Shown here: in pieces, positions 54,232 to 64,000 of the stretch | How the letters are laid out: every line of letters starts with the position of its first letter | Numbering within the stretch: the stretch's first letter is position 1 | Source of the DNA: Eledone cirrhosa | Taxonomy: Eukaryota | Direction: 5' to 3' | Assembly (NCBI GenBank): GCA_964016885.1 | Contig: OZ024742.1 | Span: 122,884,001-122,948,000, forward strand | DNA length: 64,000 nucleotides | The notes under the pieces: model-generated | Told to the model about the DNA's origin: nothing | Databases searched by the model: none | What the model saw: the letters and a program-made list of their open reading frames with translations, nothing else | Position numbers and translations under genes: made by a program

Positions 54232-57200
54232 CTACAGCCGCCTGACCAGAGTAAGCCCACTCACACGGGCCATTCTCGCCATATTCACCCACCTTTCAGC
54301 AAATGTACTGCGGAACAGCACTTCCCTCTCCACCCACACCTTCGTTTCCAAGTGAAGCTTGAAAAGGTTGATGAGGGATTTACCGAAGTGAAAAGTGTCT
54401 GTCTTCAGTCCTTTCAACCTCATCCACCATACAACCTGTTTCGCTACTGCCACCAGACAGAGGAAAATTGCCTGCCCTTCCTGGCCAAAAGAAGGCGGCG
54501 GGTCGATCTTCACTATAGACTCGGCCGATAGCCGGATCCGTTCTACACGCGACAACAGCTGTTCAATATAACGTCACAAGTCAGTAATGCATGGACACTG
54601 GACGAGTGCGTGCAGAACTGTTTCGTCGTTCTGCGCGCATCTCGGGCAGGTCCGTTTGACAGCACTTCCGTGCCTGTAGAGTTTATCTCGGACTGGCAGT
54701 GCCCCCCGGTAGCACTGCCAAGCGGGAGATTTTTGGAAATTATCCATCGTCCCCGGCTCGAAAGCCCTTCGGTACAGACTGGTTAGTTCGACTTCGTTGA
54801 CTCCCAGAGCCTCTCCGAGTGCGTCGTCGCACTTTGCCACCACTAATCCTCTATAGAACTCGAGAGTGGAAGTTCCACTGACCGCATTGCCAGCCTGGTA
54901 GAGTGAAGTGAGTGCCTGGCAACATTCTAGATGCCAGTCACCCAGTCTCGGTCTCTTCTTGACCCAGGATTGCAGCTCAGTCAAAGAAATGAGCTGCGGA
55001 AAGGCCCGTCTCACAAACGGCGACCACACCTGTTCACCATTTAGGCAAAATATCTGGAGATGCCGCAGCCTCAGCGCGTGCCTTCGCATCATTAGCCACG
55101 GCATGCCCAGCTCTCCACGTAGAGGGTGCTGGCAGCAGATGGAACGCCTCACCAGCGGAACCTGACCCCTCCACAAGAATTTTGAAGAGGAGCTGCTCCA
55201 AGATGGCGAGGCGTGAACGGGGGCAAGGGACGACGGTTAGACGGTAGTAGATGACGGACGCGATGTACGCGTTCGCCACCTCCGCCTGACCTTTCAGTGA
55301 TAGCTTCATCCCAGCCCATTTTTGGGTGAGACTGGCTACCCTGCTCGTCATCTCGTCCCAATTCTTATCCACCTGGAGGTCTGGCCCGAACCAAACCCTA
55401 GCAACTTTACTGGTCCGTCCGTCCAGCGCCTAACGACGCTGTTGGACGGCATGGACTTGCCTCTCCAGGTGCCGAGTTGCAAGCCCACCGTCTTTTCCGG
55501 GTTAAGTTTTGCTCCCGTCAACTTTTCATATTCCTCCAATAAGTTGCCGACCACATCGATTTCTGAGGTGTCCGACACCATCACGGTGATGTCGTCCGCA
55601 TAAGCCGACACAGCCTCTCCGCGTCCCGGTTCGATCGGGATGCCCTGCAACAGCTCCAGCTTCCAAAGTAAAGGCTCGAGAGTCAATACGTACAGAATGG
55701 AAGAGAGAGGGCACCCTTGACGCACCGATCGGGAGACCTGAAACGGTTCCGAGAGGTTGCCATTAATTTTGACCATCGAGCAGGTGCCGCTGTGCATTGC
55801 AACGATCCAGCTTCTGAAGACGGGGCCGAAGCCAGCCGCCTTGAGGACAGCCTCCAGGTACCGATGGTCGACCCTATCGATTGCTTTCGATTGATCTAAA
55901 TTGATCAGAGACCCACCGAAGCCAGGTTTACACCCTACCCTCTCTATGATGTATCGCATTAGGTGGAGGTTGTCGTGTATGGACCTGGTCGGGATGGCGC
56001 AAGTTTGCGCCTCCCCAACCAAATCACCGACGACAAGCGCCAACCTCTTCGCTAACACCCTGGCCAACATCTTAAACTTTGTGTTGAGCAGAGTTATGGG
56101 CCTGAAATTGTATAATGTGTCCCTCTTGTTCTCGTCTATCCTTATCAGCGTCACTACGAACTGGGAATACTCCCGTTTTGCTGCCAGTTGCAGTAGAGGA
56201 AATCGAGGAGATTGAAGAACAAGTCTGGCATATTTACGTAAAGCTCGTAGGGCAGAACATCTAAACCGGGTGACTTGCGCCTTATGCAGCCGACAAGGGC
56301 ATCCTGAATCTCGGCTGAAGTAATTGGCCTTTCGCAGCGCCCAGCGTCAGCGGTCGAGAGTTGCGACCAGCCATCAAGGTAGAGACTGAAGTTCGCCACC
56401 ATCTCTGACGCGCCCCTTCCCCCGAACAACCGAGCAAAATGTTGGCGAAAGGCGTCACTCATCCGCTTGGAATCCCTCAGCTCGTGTCCGTCTCAGTCCG
56501 TCAAAGACCGAATCGTGGTTTTTATACAACGATGCGCCTCTGCCACGCGGGCACATCGAACAGCTTTGGTTCCCTCGTTTCTCAGAGCACGCGCCTTAGC
56601 TCTGACAATGCAACCTTCGTGTTTCGCATTGAAGAAATGGTATAATGCTATTCTCGCCGCTAGCACGTCAGTTGCAATGCCACTACCAATAGCCTCGTCT
56701 AACTTATCTACCAACTCCCCCACCTTTCTATTTTTCTCTAACGCTACTTATTTGCTAAACTATATCGACATTACTCTAATCTCTCTTTTGAGAGCCCCAC
56801 CATCTCTTGTTGACGACTCCCCCTGTCAGCTTTTTCTTAACTAAATTGTTGACCTGGTCCCTGTAAGCCTTACGTGCCGGAAAATTGCATGTTTAACTTC
56901 CAGTAACCAGGTCCTAACGAACGCGTCTTATCTAGGTCTACCATACACATCACAAACTTGTGATGTGAATAGGCGACCGTTTCAAAACGTGGACAGCTTA
57001 CACTATTTCTGTCTATTTTCCTAATGAATATCCTGTCTATATACGATCTAGATGACCCTATACCGTTAGCCCAGGTCCACACTGGCGCATTAGGGAAATC
57101 TAGTCGGTACCTGTAAGATAGTTGGAACTGGCTGATCAGGTTCTTGAGGCTTTTGCACACCCCGCTCCTATCGAATATTCCCACACAGTCCCAGCGTGCG

Positions 57201-57630
57201 TCTAAGATGCTGTTCTAGTCCCCGCTAACAGTAAAGGGCGAGACGTGCCCAGAAAGGCTTCCAGGCGTCTAAAGAAGTCCTACCGTCCTTCCCCAGTAGG
57301 AACATAGGCGGCCACCAGTCTAAAGGCACCACCTTCGTTATTGTTCACGTCCAGGACCAACAACTTCCCGTCCGGGTCCCGGAAGATCGACCTTATCAGG
57401 CCTTTCATAAACAGCACTACCACTCCGCCTCCCATTTCCGGCCGGCTAACAGATGCAAAGATCTGATAGTAGTCGAAAATCGTGGCTAGTCCGCGCGTGT
57501 CGGAAATCCTGGTCTCGCTGACGGCAATTACATCCATTACTAGAGACCTGAGGTCATTGAGAAGGTGACTCTGCCTCCAGGACGATCCCAGGCTTCGAAC
57601 ATTTAAACATCCTACTCTTAATACGGCCAT
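54232..57630 (-). pseudogene. Tx1 C ORF2 (APE, RT, CCHC), disrupted
   Basis: MAVLRVGCLNVRSLG..VIAVSET; RSYIDRIF..SHHKFV..GPGYWKLN; VRQGCPLS; AYADDITV; CPRCAQNDETVLHALVQC. Confidence 0.9.
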
Positions 57631-57662
57631 GTTGGCAGGTTAAAAAGAGAGAGAGGAAAGGT

Positions 57663-59589
57663 TTACTTACCTTCCGGGCTCTTGTGAAGGTCGGGTTGTT
57701 CGTCCTCCATAGTTGGTGGGGTTTCTTTTGGGAACCCCTTTAAAAGTCTTGAAGTTGATTTTACGTTCGGTGTTCCCACGTCCCGAGGAAAGCTGTCTCG
57801 TATTTCTTTGTATAATTCGATCGACATTCGCACCAGAACCGAATCTTCCGGCACGCGAAATGTGCTCGATTTAAAAATGCCCCCCTCTTTTCACTTCGTG
57901 CTACGAGGGCCATCAGTTCTTTGTTGGCTCTCCTGGCGAGCACGAAGTTTTGTATGTTTTGTTGGTGTGATTTTATTTGTTTGCGTGGCTGTGGTGTTGA
58001 TGGTTTTGGTGGTGTTGTTTCGGTTGTGTCTGTGTATATTTGTTCTTTCGTCTGTTTAGGTTGTTTGCGTTTTGGAGATTCTGGTCATGGTGATGGTGGT
58101 GTTGATGTTGGTGTTATTTGAGAGATGTTTGCGTGGGTGGTGTCTGCGTTTTTATTGTGGGTGATGTTGTGCTTTGTTGAGATTTTTTTTCTTTTTGTGT
58201 TTCCTTTTTTGTATTTTGGGGGATTTTGGTTTTCCCTCATCTTCACTACTGGTAGATGAGGAGTCTGTGTCTGTAAGTGTGCCTGTATGTATGTTTATGG
58301 TATTATTGGTGTGTGTATTTTTCGGGGGAGGGAGAATTTGACAGCTTTCCTCGTTTCCCCCCTGGGTGGTCAATGTTGGTGGTGGTCTTTCTATTGATGT
58401 TGTTGTTGGTGGTTTTGCCGGTGCTGGTGTTGGTTGAGGTCCTCGCCCCGGCGTCGGCAGCAGTGGAGCCTTTCGACCCCTTGTCTCTTTCAGCAGTTGA
58501 GGGCAGAAGGCTCGCAAATGGGTTTTTTCCCCACAAACAAAACACTGTGGCCTTTGGCCTTCGGTCATAATGTGAATTACCGTCCCATTCTAAAGGCGGA
58601 TGTGGTCCGGGATTGTCTTCACATTCTCGGGCCTGATCTGGAGAAGGATCTCCAGATCAACCCCGGACCAGTCCTCTCTGGCCGTTCTGGTCACTTCTAT
58701 AGGGACTGTATCGGTCCCCTCCACAATCACACATCCCAGAAGCCACCACATGTCAAGTCCTGGTGGCATTCTGGGAATGCGGAGACGGGCCGTTCTTTTC
58801 CCCATGTGGGAGGGGTACATTAAGACCTAGCTGGTTTTGCAAGGAGTCATAGCGTGTTTCATAGCAAGGGTTTCTGACTCGAAAAACACCGAAATGGTGC
58901 CGTACTCTCTGCCCCTCTCTATGTATTCGGTGTCTTCTCTGATGCACATCAGCGCGACTTCGACATCTGCTTGTGGGATTAAAGCTGCCCTTTTGGTTTG
59001 TGCTGAAATGCATCTATAATGCACCGTTCTGCGCTCCACTGCCTCAATAGCTTCTACCGGGATATTTAAGTTGGACCAGGTTTGCTCTTGCTTGATGAGC
59101 TTCCATGCCTGGGCCAACTTTTCATCTTTGTTTGAGAGGTCCATGTTGAAGCATGGCCTCTTTTTTGCTGCTGCCGCAGCGAAAGTGTTCTTCTTGTTTT
59201 CGTTGGGGGTGTTGTTGTCGTTGTCATTGTTCTTGTTGATGTTGTTATCACTGTCGCTGTTATCATTGTTGTCTTTGTTGCCACCGTTGTTCTCGGTGCA
59301 GTTGGTATTGTTGCTGTTGGTGTTGTCGCTATTTGTTTACAGATTAGTGGTGTTGATATTGTTGTTGCATTTGTTATTTTTTTTTGTTATCTGTATTTTG
59401 GTTGTCGCTGTTACTGTCATTTTTTTCAAAATTAGAGTTCTTATTGGTATCATTGGTGTCTTTCTTTACATTGTTTGTGGTGGTGTTTGTGTTATCAATT
59501 TGTGTTAATTTCTCTGTAGCGCTCCTCTCAACTTCTACGTCGTTGTCGCACGACAGCTGACATATCGCTGGGGGGCGTGGCTCAGCCAT
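57663..59589 (-). pseudogene. Tx1 C ORF1, frameshifted
   Basis: MAEPRPP start, Asn/Thr-rich N-terminus, YIERGREYGTISVFFES, CFVCGEKTHLRAFC knuckle. Confidence 0.85.
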
Positions 59590-59794
59590 TTTTTTTTTCT
59601 CTGTAAATGTTTTAACATGTAAAAAAAGTTCAAATATTTGGGCCAAAAGGCCCAAATATTATACTTTCCCCTTCACAGGGCAACGTCTAAGGGTTTATAT
59701 CCCTTACACGACAAGAAATATTTAACAAATAATTTTAACAGGCAGATAAAGCGACTTACTGGGAGCGAGCCAAAAAGACGTCCGAACAGACCAC

Positions 59795-59795
<1 letters not shown>

Positions 59796-59852
<57 letters not shown>
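59796..59852 (+). repeat. (AAT)19 between Tx1 C and the R4 element
   Basis: Directly visible. Confidence 0.97.
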
Positions 59853-59853
<1 letters not shown>

Positions 59854-60973
59854 TCTAAGGGAATCACATGATTGGATGATCAAAGTCGTTTTGTAACACG
59901 AAAGCATCAACAGATCATATTCCATTACAAAAGATGCACAAAGATACAGTAATGGACTACAAATTTCAGAAGTCCCATTTACTGCTGAAATGGAAAACAC
60001 AGAAAAAGCAAAGCAGGTAAAAGTAACTGCAAAGAAAGAACTGCTACAGAAACTGGCTAAGAAATGGCAAGAAAAGCCTCTGTATGGAAAATACCCAGAC
60101 CGAGCTAATAATCCTGATGTTGACAAAACTTTAACCCATCAGTGGTTGGCATCCTCTAGACTGAAATCGGAGACTGAAGGACTGATTATATCAGCACAAG
60201 ATCAGTGTCTGCCAACAAAAAATTACCAAGCCAACATAATAAAAAATGGATGCAGCCCATTATGCCGTGTATGCAAAAAACAACCAGAGACCATTGACCA
60301 TATAATTTCAATGTGCAGTCCTATAGCTCCAACCGAATACCTAAACAGGCATGACAGAGCTGCACAATACATACATTGGATAATGTGTACGCATTTTGAC
60401 CTGCCCCATCAAAAGAATTGGTGGGAGCATCAACCACCTCCCATACTTGAAAAAGATCACATCTCAATCCTGTGGAACTTTAGCATCCAAACAGACCGAA
60501 AAATAGATGCAAATAGACCTGATATAATATTGAAGGACTTTAAAAAGAGGGTATGCCTGCTAATTGATATGTCTGTTCCAATAGACAAGAATGTATCTAT
60601 AAAAACATTTGAAAAATTGAGCAAGTATAAGGACCTGGAGATAGAAATTGGAAAAATGTGGAAATTGAGAACTAAAACAATACCAGTGGTTGTAGGCGCT
60701 CTGGGAATGATGCCTAAGGGGTCTATTGATTACTTATCGCAAATCCCAGGAAACCCGCGTATAGGAGAAATACAAAAGATAGTACTAATGGGAACTGCCC
60801 ATATACTAAGGAAGATTCTGTCAATATAAGTACATCACAAGTCTAAACACTAAAGATGCATGTGTGAGTATGTATGTTCTTTCTTGAACATGGCGGACCT
60901 TGTTGTCTCTTGAGGTCACTCGTTGTGACTTGGTGATAACTCGTATGAACATAAAGCAAGATAAATGCAACTG
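59853..60973 (+). mobile_element. 5'-truncated R4/Dong-clade RLE non-LTR retrotransposon
   Basis: Flanked by (TAA)n on both sides; encodes CCHC and PD-D endonuclease; ~145-bp 3'UTR. Confidence 0.88.
59990..60829 (+). CDS. C-terminal part of R4-type ORF: CCHC finger and restriction-like endonuclease
   Basis: CRVCKKQPETIDHIISMC, RHD, NRPDIILKD..LIDMSVP..KLSKYKDL..PVVVGALG; open for 279 codons but only a fragment of the element ORF. Confidence 0.85.
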   Translation: MENTEKAKQVKVTAKKELLQKLAKKWQEKPLYGKYPDRANNPDVDKTLTHQWLASSRLKSETEGLIISAQDQCLPTKNYQANIIKNGCSPLCRVCKKQPETIDHIISMCSPIAPTEYLNRHDRAAQYIHWIMCTHFDLPHQKNWWEHQPPPILEKDHISILWNFSIQTDRKIDANRPDIILKDFKKRVCLLIDMSVPIDKNVSIKTFEKLSKYKDLEIEIGKMWKLRTKTIPVVVGALGMMPKGSIDYLSQIPGNPRIGEIQKIVLMGTAHILRKILSI

Positions 60974-61001
60974 TAATAATAATAATAACAATAATAATAA
61001 T

Positions 61002-61055
61002 TGTTTCTACTTTTGGCACAAGGCCAGCAATTACCCAGTGCATTACTGGTACTTT
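61002..61055 (-). mobile_element. SINE 3' fragment whose (ATT)n tail is the right boundary of the array
   Basis: TGTTTCTACTTTTGGCACAAGGCCAGCAATTACCCAGTGCATTACTGGTACTTT. Confidence 0.88.
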
Positions 61056-61373
61056 AGTAATCTTTTCTCGTCAATGTTTCGCCAGATCTTATGTTCACTT
61101 ATATCACTGACTTGATTTTTCACCCTTTACGTTGCTTTACCATTCTTGTTTCTTTATATGTCTTTATTTCTCCACCCAATTCTTTTTATCCCTATAACTG
61201 TATTTACTTATTGCTCGTGCTGGTCTGAGGTATATGATCTTTAATGCGAAGAAATACCTATGATGGCCAGAAGATCACTGTTGACGGATAGTAATCGACT
61301 TCTCTGTAATCGACTCCTCTCCCCAAATTGTTGCTCTTCTGTCAAAATCAGAAACCATCATTTCATGATTTGA

Positions 61374-61592
61374 AGGGCAGTGGATTGCCAGAGTCATTAG
61401 AACGTCGGACAACTAATTAGCTTTATTTCTCCCAGGTCTCCATCTTTTGAGTTCAAATCCTGGGGAAATCATGTTTGACTTTCATCTTTTCGAGCTCGAT
61501 GAAATATATTAAAATTCAAGTTCAGGGTCGATTTACTCGAAATACCGTTCCTCTCAAATTGCACACATTGTGCCTGAATTCGAGATCATTAT
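61374..61592 (+). mobile_element. diverged tRNA-derived SINE
   Basis: GAGTTCAAATCC box B, TTTCATCTTTTCGAGCTCGAT core, ends TTGTGCCTGAATTCGAGATCATTAT. Confidence 0.7.
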
Positions 61593-63024
61593 CTTTTGGC
61601 TTTACCACTTGCCAAAAGAAAATTTTGGACGCTCTGTGATTTGTGTAATTGAAAATAGCGTTAGCAATATTTGCCGACAATTTCTGAAAAGTGTCGCGAA
61701 GAGAAGGCCCGTGCTACGTCTCCCTGTGATACTTTTTTAATGTGTTACACTGATGGCTATCCTGTATTTGTGTATATTAGGAACTACATTGTTTATTGTC
61801 GCTTTCAGTTTTTAAGAGAGTAGTTTGTGATATGAGCGATGTATTCCTCTTATTCCAAGGATGTTCTGCAATAACATAGTGGCTTTCGCATTATCTCAAG
61901 CTGGAAGGTTTTCCTGTGATGTGATACAATAATGATTGATGGACAGGCTAATTATTTATTGGAATTTTGTCATAAACTGAATCATATAAATTTGAATTTT
62001 CCCCATTGTCATTATTATGAGAACAGAATCTCAATATTCTGAGGCGATTCCGGCAAACCAAGCCAGCACTGGCATTTATTTTTGCAGTAAATCTTCTTAT
62101 TGTTGCTTCAATTCATATGTCTCGCCTCGCACCTGGTGACCAGAAGCATACAGGATATAGACAAACGATAACTTAGAAACAACTACACAACACGGTGAAA
62201 CGTTTTGACGCGAGCATAAGCATTTCGAATATGCATGTGTTAATATATGGATAGTGTTTTTCGATATGAACAGTTTTAAAATTATGAATATACATATGAA
62301 TTAACGTAGCTTGCATTATTATCCATTTTGTATTACTGAAGTAAATTTTATATGCATTCTGCTTCACTTTCTAGGTGCTGTATGTCCTCTAAGCATTGAT
62401 TTCGTATATGTCGATAATATTATGACAGAGAAAGTATAACATTTTTTACATGGTTTGAATTCAGGATATAATGCAAGTGAAGCTAGCTACAACAATAAAT
62501 TTGGCATTTCGAGAAATATCGTGTTATCCTGTGAAAGCTACAGGATTGGTTTCAGACATGTTGCTCCGGAGACTAATAGCCTTCCGAATTTGTCACGAGG
62601 GAAATCAGGGTATGTCATAAAGTTGTGTCTTTGTGAGTTTGTGTGTGTGTACGTGCACATTTTGAGAAATTAAAACATGAATGTGAACCTAAATTTCTAA
62701 AGATGAAGGGAAAATGAAGTTTCCCTCCATATATTTTTTTCTTTTTGCTTTGTCTCTTTTGTTAGCAACGTTGAGTATAGTCTTAAACTTATATATATAT
62801 ATGTATATCGGTGAAACATATGCTATAATAATTTAGAAATATTTCACCTAGACACCAAGACCGATATTACAATATTTGTAGCCATGAATAACAATCGTGA
62901 GCTGACGAATGACATATTTTTAAATATTTCTCAGAAAACTGAATAGATTATTTATGAATCTAAGGCTCATTTAATAGAGCAAATTAAAAATCGTCATGAA
63001 CAGATGACGAAATTTCCTGTTTAT

Positions 63025-63173
<149 letters not shown>

Positions 63174-64000
63174 ATACTTGGGGAGGGTCATATTTGTGTA
63201 ATATTGCCAGAATTAATAACAGAACACACTCACTGTTTGGTTGGTTTTCGCTTCTCGCTTCTGTGTCATTTATATCGGTAATATAACTTACTCGGTCCTC
63301 AATGTTGCCATTGACTGACCGGCGGTCAAAAATAATACAGTTACAATATAGACACAAACACATATATATTGTTTATCATAAATCTTTCGTTGCACATCTG
63401 CAACATCGTCAGTGGTGTTATATTATCCTCCTGTTGTATTGTATGTCTACGCCATTTTTATTCAGTCTGTCTATATATTTATTTATTTATTTGCTTCTTT
63501 GTTTATTTTATTTTGTCTTCTTTGCGCATGCGTTTGCGTGTGTATAGTGTTTTGTTTGCTGTGTGATGGGTGACTAGTGTGTGTTTATGTGCTTGTTGTT
63601 ATTGTGCTTGTGTATGTATTTATTTATTTATTTATTTATTTAATTTTATTTACTTATTTATACTTCTCTTAGGTCAGTGTTGTTTGTTTGCGTGTTGTTG
63701 TTATTCCATTCATTATTTCTGTTTAGCCTTGGTCTTCTAATTTCTATTTCACTAGCCTCTCTGATTTGCCTATCTACTGGGTCATTTCTATGTTTAGATA
63801 TTATTCTAATTTCTATGTTGTCTATGTTACCCTCATGTTGTTGTCTAGCATGTTCGTATAGTACTGACCCGTTTTTTCGTCCTTTTAGTTCCCCCAGTGT
63901 TGGTCTATCCTTTCACCTATGCTACGAGCTGTCTCACCTATGTATGTTGTTGTCATGTTTCTGCAGGTACCCTCTGTACATCTTATGCTATAGACTACGT

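Larger units (their letters stand above)
53957..59794 (-). mobile_element. Tx1-clade LINE element C, full length (~5.8 kb), distinct subfamily
   Basis: ORF1 and ORF2 colinear with A but diverged; 3' AATAAATGAAATC(ATT)n; both ends abut (AAT)n. Confidence 0.9.

Noticed and set aside
43659-61055. CRISPR-like array or telomeric retrotransposon array
   Set aside because: Spacers are whole retrotransposons, the repeat is AAT rather than TTAGGG, and ordinary sequence flanks both sides
63940-64000. Possible splice acceptor TTTCTGCAG|G at the window end
   Set aside because: A single motif with no exon evidence inside the window

Overview
AT-rich, microsatellite-dense animal intergenic or intronic DNA. 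The (TA)n/(CA)n load and the tRNA-derived SINE suggest an octopus-like cephalopod (inference). No host protein-coding gene, structural RNA gene or CRISPR array is supportable; most supplied ORFs are microsatellite read-throughs or antisense frames of retroelements. The window is mostly decayed transposons: Tx1-type LINEs, R4/Dong-type RLE LINEs, RTE, Penelope-like, mariner, Chapaev-like, solo LTRs and two short retroposon families. The main structure is a ~17.4 kb retroposon array at 43659-61055: (AAT)14 - Tx1 A(-) - (AAT)~17 - Tx1 B(-) - (AAT)11 - Tx1 C(-) - (AAT)19 - 5'-truncated R4/Dong(+) - (TAA)~9 - SINE 3' end(-). An older array with the same strand polarity lies at ~22.1-27.2 kb. This points to a guild of (AAT)n-targeting elements (APE-LINE, RLE-LINE, SINE) that regenerate their own target. 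The Tx1 elements also share a 5'UTR hairpin, a consensus splice donor overlapping the ORF1 stop (A and C), and a 3' terminus resembling the SINE tail. Element B is an endonuclease-less chimera. All alignments were done by eye; no databases were searched.
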